Source: the human T2T-CHM13v2.0 reference genome, Homo sapiens. From it: a stretch of 64,000 nt of DNA. A program made the translations under genes and the position numbers. The stretch lies in the NCBI RefSeq assembly GCF_009914755.1, contig NC_060935.1, one strand, 5' to 3'. How positions within the stretch are numbered: position 1 is the stretch's first letter; each line of letters opens with the position of its first letter. The notes below the pieces were generated by a model. The model was not told the origin of the DNA. It was given only the letters and a program-made list of their open reading frames with translations, and made no database searches. Shown piece after piece: positions 14,751 through 26,582 of this stretch.

Positions 14751-15388
14751 TCTTCATTTGACCCATTTCAGTTGAGTTCTATGTCCCGTTGGGAGCACTG
14801 GCAGTGCTGGTGCTCAGACGTGAATCTAGCATTCTTCTCACTACAGCATATCTTTTCTTCCTGTCTCTATTTCCCTTCCATTCTGAATTTACGTGTCATT
14901 ATAAAATATTGACTATCTGTCAGCCGACTAGTTGGCAAACCCTAAGCTTGACGCAAAGACAAATTTGTAAGGGTCTCACAGTAGTTAAGGTGAGCATAAT
15001 TATAATAGGAGTTGTCACAGGGCACTGTGGGAGGCCAGAGCCCCTTCCCCTATGAAATTCAGGGAAGGGGGTTGCTCATATCCATCCAGCAAGTCAATTC
15101 TGGAACCTGCCTCATACTTATGAGGCCATTTTCTCAGCCACCAAATGCCATCTGACCAGGAGCTAAGTCTGAGAGTAACGATGCCACACATGGGAGGTGG
15201 GGACTGCATTTCAGACTCCTTTGAGCTTCCTACCAGCAGACCTGTGGGCTGAGGGGAGGAAAGTAACCTTGATTCTCCAAAACTGTGAACTCTGTAAATC
15301 AAGGTGCTCTGAAGTGTGTGATGTTTATGTTAGGTGTACTATTTAATCTTTTAAGAGAATTGGCAAAGCTGACTTAAAACTTGTTTCA

Positions 15389-15733
15389 GGCCGGGTGCGG
15401 TGGCTCATGCCTGTAATCCCAGCACTTTGGGAGGCCTAGGTGGGCGGATCACTTGAGGTCAGGAGTTTGAGACCAGCCTGGCCAATATAGTGAAACCCCA
15501 TCTTTACTAAAAATACAAAAATTAGCCGGGCGTCGTGGCAGATGCCTGTAATCCCAGCTATTCAGGAGGCTGAGGCAGGAGAACTGTGGAGGTTGCAGTG
15601 AGCCGAGATCGCACCATTGCACTCCAGCCTGGGCAACAGAGCGAGACTCCATTTCAAAAACCAAACCGAACCAAACCAACCAACCAACCAACCAACCAAC
15701 CAACCAACCAAACAAACAAACAAATAAACAAAC
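15389..15733 (+). mobile_element. Alu (AluS-type) with a short internal right-arm deletion and an (AACC)n/(AAAC)n tail
   Basis: GGCCGGGTGCGGTG start; gcaggagaa-ctgtggaggttg lacks the usual cgcttgaacccggg; TSD CTTGTTTCA. Confidence 0.94.
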
Positions 15734-16414
15734 AGCTTGTTTCAATAATAGCCTATGTCACAGGCAAGCCTGGGCAATTTTTTTTTTTAGAAAAATAGAA
15801 CATTTCGGTTATAATCTACTAAACTGCCTCATGAAGCTAAAGGAAGAAAATTCACTAGATTAATGGTTCATTGGCAAAATCTGTCCAAATCCTTGTTAAG
15901 AAACACCATAATGAAATATCTGTACACCTCTAATTCTAGACAGCCTCATAGTTTGCAAAGTTTTTTTACTTTCAGTATTTATTTAGTTTTTTAGTCCTCA
16001 TAATGGCCCAGAAATGGGGTAGGGCAGGGGATTATTTCTGTCTGGTTGAGACTTGGGTCTGGAGGCCAGCTAGCCTGTCCCTGAGTCACATGGCTCGCAG
16101 CCAGTGAAAATAGGTGTCTGGCACCCTTGCTTCATTCTCAGCCTGAGCTGGACCATTTTGCCTTGGGTGGCTCTGCGTGTTATTTTCCAGCCGACTTTGG
16201 ATATTCTCAGGGATCTGACTTCTTTCTTAGTTCATTTCTTGATCTCTCATACTTGATTCTGCTCTTCTCACCTGACCTCTGATTCCTACCTACCTCAATT
16301 AAAACTTTTGTCTACTCTTTTGATTAGTTTACTTGCAGTTGCTCCTGGGAAATACCTTTCACACCCAAACAACACTTCTGCAATTACTGGTACTGCCACT
16401 AATATTGCTTGCAT

Positions 16415-16442
16415 TAACAACAACAACAACAACAACAACAAC
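16415..16442. repeat. (AAC)9 microsatellite
   Basis: Directly visible. Confidence 0.95.
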
Positions 16443-18810
16443 TGCAGCAGCTATCATTTGAGTACTTATAATCAATCAGACACTGAGCTTTCCATATTTT
16501 ATCTCACTGAAATTTTGAACCTCATACTATTCCTATGAAATACATAACTATTGTCATCCCTATCGTACAGATAAGTCACAAAGAATGTAGGTGACCCTAG
16601 CCAGTGCAGTTGAAAGAACAGGGACTTGTGTTCTGGTTCTGCTACATACTCACTGTGTGGTTTCAGGCTTGTTATCTAATCTCTCTGTACTTCATATGTA
16701 AAAAATGTGGATGATAATTCCTGCCATCTGAGGTTGCTGTGAAGATTAAATGGGAAAGAGCCTGGCACATAGTAGGATCTCAGAAAACAAAAACAAAAAC
16801 AAAAACAAACTAGTTTCCCTTTCTATTTTAGGACTTTTATCTACCACTTCTGGTTTGTGTTAACAAGGATAACCACTCTTGGGTACCGCTATGAAGTGCA
16901 GTCTTTGGAATTCCAGACGCCATTTTATAAAAAAGCAATTGTAAAAACTTTTCCTTCTTCACTAAACATCAACTATAGCTGTATATTTCATCAAGGAAAG
17001 AAAGGGAGGGATCTTTCCTGGTAGAAGTGTAGGAAACCGTTTTAGATTTCAGGGGTGGTGGAGCGTAATGGATGCAGTGATGTGTGAGCATTCGGTTTGG
17101 GATCTGAGGGAGTGACTTTGGGAACTAATTGAGTGCACAGACTTGCTCTGACAAAGAAACCCCTGTATTGGCTAAATAATGTATAAGAGATTTCCATCGG
17201 GCAATGGGCAAAATGGAATTATTTAGCGTATTTCCATTCCAATGAGTTAATCAAGATAATTGCTGTTTTCCTGGATCTTTGTCTTTTCTTTGTAATTAAC
17301 AAGGTCCTTGTTTGGAGAAAGGAATTTAGCCAGTGAACTTTGTACAAATCGCTGTGACATGTCTGTTCAAATTATATTTAAAAATCAACTACAGATCCTT
17401 TTCCTTTGGATTCTCCTAGGACTGTTAGAAACTGATGCTTGATCAAGCTTGAGAAAAACTTTAAAGAGTCAGGTTCATTTGGAATTAACAAACTCAGTGT
17501 GGCACTGGTGCGGGGGTAGGATGCAGGGAGGGCAGCAGGGCAGCACTGAGAAAGCCCAAGCTCTGGCATCAGACTTGGACTGCGATCCCTGTTCTGCCAT
17601 GTCTCACTATCAAACAGTGGGCAAAGGAGCCTTCAGAGCCTCAGTTTCTATGTCTGTAAAATGGATAATATCACCCATCCTCAGAGCTGTTGTGCAGATT
17701 AAATGCAGTGGTGTAGCTCCTAGCCCACAGCTAATACTCAACAAGGCTAGTTCCTTCCCCACCTCTCACATGCTTATCTAATGGTGACATATTCAGCAAT
17801 CTCAGTCGTGTGAACCATGGCTAAGACCTCAAAAAGCAGCTTAAAAAAATCTAAGTAGAAAGAGCGATGTTAGTCCATTCATTAAATATCTCTTAGAGGA
17901 ACACCCCAGATATATATATTTAATTGTTGCTAGGATTATAATAAGCTGAACTTCTGGTTCTCTGATCACACCTCTTAAGAAGTCCTCCACTGGATGAAGA
18001 ATAAAGAAATGAGCTACTTGAGGTGGGCACTAGGACTGAAATAAATAGTGACACCACAGCACAACCCTGAGGGAGGAGGCAGAGAAACCTACCCTTTAGA
18101 TACAGGGCCTAATAAAGTAATGGTTTAAAATCACTTCAGGCAGGGGCAAAGGGCTCTATATCCTCATTTCCCTACTTCCTGAAAGCTCTCTTCATATTAC
18201 AGCGTAATATGCAATTGTTGTTCCTTATTAATGACCCTGAATCAGAAAAAGAAAGGTTTCATTATGTCTGTGTAGTGTGTTTGAGAAGGGAGGTATGCAA
18301 TACACTTCATAAGAAAAGTCCCATGCAAAATGGTTAAAATGAAAAGGGTTTTTTTTTGGAATTTGAAGACAAGAGCTTCAATTATGTGGAAAATTCATCC
18401 ACATGTGCCTGTTCCTTCTCCCCTTGCCACATTTGTGGACAGTGGTCATATGAAGATGCTAGCACTTCATCAGGTAAGTACTTTTCATCTACACCATCTC
18501 CCTGTGGTATGCTGGGCAGGTATCCACTGTATCCATTCTACAGATGTGGAAACTGAGGCCAATAGGGATTAAGTCCATGGTAGAGTGGGAACTGATGCCC
18601 AGCTCCTCTGACTCCAAAGCTTATGCCTTCTCCACTAGACCATTTCCTTCCTAGGAGAAATCATGTGGAATATGAACATGTAGAATGTATTATAAGTAAT
18701 AGTTTTTATCCCAAATCCTGAATTAAAATAAAATACTCGATCAATTTACCTCCAATCCTACAATGAATTAATGAAACAAAATCATCAAATGGCCTTGTTT
18801 TAGTACTTAC

Positions 18811-19688
18811 TCATAAAATGTTGTCCATCCGTTTTCATTGCTTTTGGTTGCCAGAAGGCCGGAATTGCCATGGTATGTCATCATGGCCAACTCGTGTCCT
18901 TGTGTGGTCACACTCTTGAGTGCACTGTTGGTGCCCATGGTCACCCAGTACACCTGGCCATCTGGGACCACCAGCCAGAGGGGCATCCCAGTAGAGTCTC
19001 GGCGGACATTTACCATGTTGCCATTGTTGTCTGTGATGAGTGTGATGTCGCCGTCCCCAGTGTAGGTGAAGTTGTACAGGTAGTCTCCTGTGGGCAGGCT
19101 TTGGGTGTACAGGTGCTTGCCGGTGGTATCAAACAGATAGAGCTCCTGGTCAATTGGTGAAGACAGCTCATACATGTTCTGGGTGTTGAGGAAAGGCTTG
19201 TTCTTCCGGATAAACCGAATTCGGATGTTCCCAAGGTCGGCCACGTAGAGCTCCCCATCAGCACACACAGCCAAGGAAGATGGGGTATTTAACTTTGCAT
19301 CCTTGGCATAACCATCGTCTCCAGAAAAACAATCACAGTTGGCATCATTTTTACAGTCACAGCCACTGGGGGCCCCAGCAACGAGTGAGATCTCTCCACT
19401 AGTGGTGACCTGCCTGATGCGGTTGATCTTTTTCTCATCAGTCTCAGCAATATACAGGACCCCATTGTGTGAAACAGCCAAAGCGGTGGCTGACTCCAGG
19501 GTTGCGTGGATGGCCACCTTGCTTAGCAGGAAGTGGTCAATGCCAGGGACCTGGCAGTGCATGGGCCTCCCGGCGACAATGCGCACCTGGTGGTTTTCAG
19601 AGATTTGCAGGACCACATTGTTGTCGAGGACATAAAGTGAGTTGTCCATTGGGTTGATGGCTAAGTCTGTGGGCCACTCCAGGTGAAC
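18811..19688 (-). CDS. TENM4: TENM4 exon, 878 nt (phase 0-2), [19 protein letters not shown]...[10 protein letters not shown]; end of NHL propeller and first YD repeats
   Basis: Acceptor attgtcag|GTTCAC and donor TTATGA|gtaagt. Overlaps the 280-aa ORF 18807..19649. Confidence 0.97.
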
Positions 19689-20326
19689 CTGACAATGAAG
19701 ACACCGATACTCAAATGACTGGCAAGATGCCCACCACTAATCCATCCCATAGCCCATGTAGCCCATAACAGTGTCCAAAGTGGCTTCATATACAGTCTTG
19801 CTTGATCCTCATGCAGCCTATCATCAACAATGAAGCGTCAGCCCCCTGATCACCGGGAAACCATGAAAGAGCTGCCACTGAGACATGTGATGGTCTCATT
19901 AGACTGACAAAACATGAAGAAGGAGTTAACAACAACAAAATAGTAGGCAAAAGGGTAGACTTTGGAGTCAAATAGGCCTGAGTTCAGAGCATAGTCCACT
20001 ACTTATGACTGTGGGCAAGTTACTTTGCCTCTCTGAGCTTCAATAGTCACATATGGGAAATGGGAATGACAAGAGCACAGAGTCCCTGACCCACCATAAC
20101 CCATCAAATAATGGCAGCTGATGTTCTAAGATGGGAGGGAAAGGCAGATGGAGTCTGGAGGCTGAAGTAGGAGTTGTTCAGAGGCTTAAGAAAGATTCTT
20201 CATACATGGTTGATATGATACATGTATGATTTCTCAATTCTTTTGAGTTCATGGATTAACAGCTGGCTAGCTGCTAGAGATATAAAGACAAGCTAACCAT
20301 GGCCTCTGTCTGTCATAGTTCTAGAC

Positions 20327-20660
20327 CAGTGATTCTCAAATCTGGCCTCACATTCAAATTATCTGTGGCGATTTTAGAAAATAATGGTGGGAAAACCCCA
20401 CCCTTGGTGAGTGAAATCAGATCCCTGGGCTTGGAGCTTGGGCATCGGCATTATTTTGAAAAGCTTCCTGAGTGATCCTGATGTGGGCTTGAGAATCATG
20501 ACTGGATCCTTGCTCCTTATGTGTGGTCATCAGCATCAGCTCACCTAGGAGCTGAGCATAAACGCAGAATGACAGGCCTCCTCCAAACCTACTGAATCAG
20601 TATCTGCACTTAAGCAAAATCCCCAGGCGATTTCTGTGCACACTAAGGTTTATGAAGCCC
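20327..20660. mobile_element. MER5-family (hAT-Charlie) MITE pair; similar clusters at ~26845-27190 and ~33868-34180
   Basis: cagtgattctcaaa..., cctactgaatcag..tctgca...ccccaggcgatt and tgagaaccact motifs. Confidence 0.7.
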
Positions 20661-21120
20661 TGCTCCAGACAGTGGTTCTAGTACCTCAGAGAACAGGTCC
20701 ACCTGGAAAGGATTACTGAAGCTGGTTGTAGGAACTAGGAGTTCAGAAGTGCTGGGCCCCATGTGGAACCTCCTCTGAGCCAGGCTGGGAAACTGGCATA
20801 GGTCATGGTGAGTCTTCAAGTGGGCACCCAGGGGATTGTAGCTGGCATGGTCTGAGGGGAGGAGTGTTTTCTTCAGTGGACTTGAAGGCTGGATTGTTGG
20901 ATCTATCACACTAGGAGGTATTGGCACTAAGGGGAACCCTTTGCCACCTGTGTCTCTAGGAGGTCCAGCCATGTTTTGTGTGGGCTGGAAGTGCCGACAG
21001 GTGCACCCTACTGCTGATTTTTCCACCCCACCTAAAAATTCACTGCCTTAGACTTCCTGAGCCCCCTACAAACCCTTGATATTTGGTCCAATCTGGGGTG
21101 CGCTTAAGCAAGTGTATACC

Positions 21121-21291
21121 TTTATTTTAATTTACTTATGTATGTATGTATGTGTATGACAGGGTCTCACTCTGTCACCCGGGCTGGAGTGAAGTGGTAC
21201 AATCTTGACTCACTGCAGCCTCCACCTTCCAGGCTAAAGCGATCCTCCCACCTCAGCCTCCTGAGTAGCTGGTACTACAGGCATGTGCCAC

Positions 21292-21359
<68 letters not shown>

Positions 21360-21435
21360 AATATATACATACATATACATATGTATGTGTGTGTGTCTAT
21401 ATATATATATACACGTGTATGTCTATGTGTATGTA

Positions 21436-21483
<48 letters not shown>

Positions 21484-21600
21484 AGAGACAGGGCTTTGCT
21501 ATATTACCCAGGCTGGTATCAAACTCCTGGGCTCAAGCAATTTGCCTACCGTGGCCTTCCGAAGTACAGGGATTACAGGTGTAAGCCACTGTGTTTGGCC
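21121..21600 (-). mobile_element. Alu (AluJ-type) with a compound microsatellite replacing the middle linker
   Basis: Right arm ~21158-21292 and left arm ~21482-21600, with flanking duplication aagtgtat(a/g)c(c/t)ttt. Confidence 0.9.
21292..21481. repeat. Compound (CA)n/(TA)n/(TG)n microsatellite
   Basis: Directly visible, ~190 bp. Confidence 0.97.
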
Positions 21601-21669
21601 TAAGTGTATGCTTTTAGATAAGAAGTTTTTCTTCCAGGAATTTACTTTTGTATACCATCGTCTATAAGA

Positions 21670-22100
21670 GTGTTTTTAATAATGATGAAGCCATTTTTAA
21701 TAATGACAAAGACCGAGAACCAACTCAAATGCCCAACAACTGAGAACTGGCTAAATAATAGTACATTTAGTTTGCTCATAAATTGGAATACTGTGTGTAG
21801 TTGTTAAAAGTGATGTTATAGATGGATATTTAATGACATGGAGAAATGTTTGCTATGTATTAAGTAGAAAGAACAGGTTACAGAACTGTAAGCACAGTGG
21901 GATACCAATTGGGGAAAAATATAAGAAGTTTAGCTAGATTATAGATAAAGAGGAGATTAAGTGCTTGAGGGATGGCATATATATCAAAATGTTAACCATA
22001 GTAAGATTAAAGGTGATTTTAATTTCCTTCTTTGTGATTTCTAACTTCTTATATTTTCTACAATGTACATGTGGTAGTTTACCAATGTAAAAAGAAACCC
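21670..22100 (+). mobile_element. Old L1ME-like 3' end fragment (similar ones at ~29290-29700 and ~44220-44450)
   Basis: caactcaaatgcccaacaac...tggctaaataa...ggaatact...acatggagaaatg pattern. Confidence 0.6.
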
Positions 22101-25100
22101 CAATACATTATATACACACGAGTGAGGCCACCTCCATCTGTCCCTGCAGCTCAGGGACATTCTCAGGAGGGGGCAGGCCCTTTCTCAGTTCTTTAGAGCA
22201 TGATCTTCCGGTCCTGCTTTCTAAAGTCTTCTTGTCCCCTTACTCCCAGCTCCCTCTGTCCCTGCAGAGCCAGGGAGCCTGCAAACTCGCCAGGGCCGCT
22301 GCCGGCCAGTGCTGCTGCTTCACACTCCCCTCGCTCTCTGGGCAGTGTCGTGGCAGCTTTTGGCTGCATCAGGAACACAGTTTGCTCTAAAGTGACAGGG
22401 GAATTTTCAATTTCTTAAAACCCACTTCTTGTCAACTCTGGCCGCTAAATATTTTATGCCTTCTGGTCCTGTGGCACCTTGGGGACCTGCTTGTGGAGAC
22501 CTTTCTGCCTGTCGTTATGATGAAAAGATCGTTCCTTGATGGGAAGACTAGGGGGAGACAGAGTCAGTGGAGGGAGAGAGGAGAGGAAAGAGAGGAAGGA
22601 ATGTAGAGCAAGTGCTTTCCTACACTTTCCCCTTATGCCATGTGCACAGAGGTGCCTGGGAAAGGAGAAGGGGCATTGCTCTTGGAGTCAGTCCTCACTC
22701 TGTCACACTGCCCGTGTGATGATCCTGCACCAGACCAACTACCTCAGCCTCTCTGGTTTCACCACCCTATTAGCGATGATCGTGCTGAGACTTGATTTCC
22801 CATCCCCAAAATGAATGGACTAGACTTGATAATTTCAGAGGTCTTGCAGCTCCCACGTTCTATGGTTCCAGTGTGGAATGGGACCCTCTTCCCTGTCCAC
22901 CGGAACATTCTGTGCCTTTATTAAAGCACTTGGAGCTGGCTGCCTTGTTGCAGAGTGATTTTCTTGCAAAAATGGATTGTCAAATGAATGAACGAAGGAA
23001 GGAAGGACCAGCAAATGGCATAGAGGGAGTGAGAGATTGGGGTCAGGACACCTCACTTCCTATTCCAGTTCCACAATTGCTACATGTGTCACCTACCTCA
23101 AGTTTCTTAAACACTGAACATCTTTCTCTATATCTAAAAGGGGATAACACATATTACATAGGGTAGTTGTAAAGCTTAAATGAGACAATGTACAAGGAAG
23201 TTTTTTGTGGATTTTAAAGGGAACTAGTATTCACATCCTATTACTAGCTGCTGGGCACTGTACTAGACAATTTGTGTACATAATTTCATTAAAAAATTCA
23301 TTTCCATATCTCTGATGGAACCTGGTACAGGGCTCTACATTTATAAATGCATTTGCATTCATCACACCTCAGTATTCTTATCTATAAAATGGGGGTAGAT
23401 CAGCTCTACCCTATGAGACTATTGTGATAGCTAAGTAAGAAAAGAGAAGTTGTACTTATTCTGTACCCCCATTTCTAACAGAGCGCCTGGCCCATACTAA
23501 GTTCTTATTTTGGATCCTAAGCATAGAGTTATTCTCTGTCGGTGGTGGCCATCTCCACTTCTTAACAGGTTGCAACAACTTCCTTCTGTTCCTTCTCTGC
23601 TCTGTGCCTCTCTCTTTAGTTTCTTTTTGGGCCTGGGTTTGTCTCCTCCCAAAGGAGCTGGTCCAAGTTCCTTGGCTCTCGCCTTCTCACTCATGCCTCT
23701 GAGCTGTGTGCTCTCCCTTGCTTACCTCCCTGTTCCCCATGGGGCAGCAGAGTAGAGAGGAAGCTCTGAGAATGAAAGCCAGTGACACCTGCGCAAATGT
23801 GTCTGTAAAATAGATGCCAGTATTGGAGAGTTTGGTTAAAGAAAATCCCATGCTGACATTCAGACAAAGGTAGTGAGGGCCTTTAGAGATTTCAGTCCAG
23901 GATTTCTGAATCTAAGTGTGGGTTTTAGCATTTTTTTCCCCCTCCGCCATATGCCAGTTGTCTTCCAAGCCTTTGATCCGGCTGCTTGGCAGTACCTCTA
24001 TCTAAAGTTAAACAATTTTCCGATGTGTGGACTGAAAATTTTCGGCACCCTGTGCTGGCTGGTTGAGGGCCCATTTTGAGAATTGAAAATACTTGTATGC
24101 ACATCCTTAGGCCATGGCTTCCTGACGGGTAATTCAAGCTTGCTCACAGACTGGAGAGGGAAACTCACCAGCCAGCAAGGGTAAGCCTGCCAAAACTGCA
24201 AAGACGAGTGGCAGAGAACAGCATCCACTCTGGAGTGTAATAATCACATTAGCTGGTGCAGAGGGAAACCATCCCAGCATGCGATGGGGAGGTGACATGA
24301 GTGCTGGGACCTCCAGCAGCATCCACAAGGCTCTGTGGAAGGACTTAGCGATACATGTCAGTAACAGAGGTAGGCATGACCAGAAAGGCTGGAAGCAGGT
24401 GACACAGTCAGTGGAAAAGGGCCTGTGTGTGCAGGCTCCCCTAAAAATGAAGGGGTTTAAAAAGCTAAATGTTGCTGGAGCTGAAATCAATTTGCAATTT
24501 GATGTAACTCAATGCTCCTGATTTCCCAGGTTTTGGTAATGTTGGCAAGATTCAGCACAGGCCACTGATTCAGCATGGGCCTGGCCCAGCCAAAGGATCC
24601 AGCAACAAAGGACATACCCTTGCCAAGTCATCACAGGATGTACTAAGGACATGCTGGATAGCCAGTCACTTGTGTCTCTTTTTGACCTATAATGGGTTCC
24701 TGGTATCCACCTGCAAATGTGCAAACTCTTTGGCATGGTACAACAGGGTCCGTCCCTTCCTGGACCCAAACCATGCTTCTTGTTTTAACTGCGGCCACCT
24801 GCTTCCAAGCACCCTATGCTATGGTTTTCAATTTTCCACTATTCTTTGAGTGTACCAGCCTCATTAACATCTTTGTGCCTTTGCACATGCTGTTTCCTTT
24901 GTGTGAAATGTCTCCTTTTCTTTCTTGCCACTCAGCAAACCCCTATTCTATTCAACCTGTAAAACTTGCATAAATGTCACCTCTTGTGTGAAAGCAGGCA
25001 CTCTAACTTTTGTTCATTCATCACCTCTGAAGGGCCAAGCAATGCTAGGAGTCGTGGATGCATTGTTTCATGTATCTTCAGGGTAATCCTACTGGGCCGA

Positions 25101-25645
25101 TGTGAATTATTTCCATTTCACAGATATAAAAAGTGAGGCTCAAAAGAAAGTTACTGAGTGAGTGAGTGGCAAAAGCTAGGATTCAATCAATCGATTAATC
25201 AATCAGCAAGTATAGACTGTGCCCAAATTTGGGTAGCCAGGCACCCTGGTTACTGACAGCATTTCTGTCCTCACATAGCTTAGAAAGAGAACAGGCAATG
25301 TACAAATACCCATCAGTGTTACCAAAGAGGAAGTTCAGGTGGCAATGGATTTAATGTCACGTGGTGTAAAGCTCTGTCTATCCTACTCTGCTGCTGCTGA
25401 GGTTTCCTTAGGGAGATTTCTTCACTGTCCCCTGGGCTTCCACTTGTTACTCCTGATGGTGAACTCCCAGGACATGGCTGTATCTTACTTGTCTTTGTGT
25501 CCTTGGTGCTCATCACAGCCTGGCACCAAGTAGGTGCTCTTTAAAGGCTTATCAGTGCAAAGATGAATGGCCAGCAGGCTGGCTGGGTGGCAGATGAGAG
25601 GATGAGTGGGCAGTCCCAGGGCTTTGGTAGATGAAGCCATCTTAC

Positions 25646-25800
25646 CTGGGAAATATCCATGACAGAATCACAGCTGAGTGGCCGGGCTGATGTGAGATCA
25701 TTAGAGCCGAGCAGGGTGGAGATGATCCCATTCTGATCGATGCGTCTGATCATGGTGCCATCCACGAAGTAGATCAGCCCAAACTTGTCCACTGTAATGC
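25646..25800 (-). CDS. TENM4: TENM4 exon, 155 nt (phase 1-0), [17 protein letters not shown]...CDSVMDISQ; NHL repeats
   Basis: Acceptor gcccccag|GCATTA and donor TCCCAG|gtaaga. Inside ORF 25541..25819. Confidence 0.96.
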
Positions 25801-26226
25801 CTGGGGGCAGAGAAGCCAAAACAGGAACTCAGCATCAGAGATGACAATGACCCGCACATTCCTGGAGCCTTGCTAACTGACAGAGCACCTCCTCTACATG
25901 ATTGGGTTTGAGCCTCCCACAACCTTCATTCCTCTCTCAAAGAGGAGGAGTCTCAGGCTCAGAGGCCTTGAGTGACTTGTTCAAAGCAGGGATTAGAACT
26001 TTTTCAGATCTTCCAGGGCTCTGGTCCTCCCACCTTGCTGCCTCCTGAGATTTTAATCTATCACCTTAGCCATCCACTAAACCTGGATTCATAACTTCTG
26101 GGGGTTTTTAAGCACTAGAGATACAGTGGTAAGGAGGATCTTTTTCAATATTAACACTGTGAATTATTTAAATTCACCTATTTCTGAAGCTCTGTAATTA
26201 TAATAATTAGTTCCCCTTTTTGGTAA

Positions 26227-26582
<356 letters not shown>

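Noticed and set aside
18838-19657. Several antisense or off-frame ORFs over the 878-nt exon
   Set aside because: They are shadow frames of coding sequence with no independent support. The same applies to ORFs overlapping the other exons.
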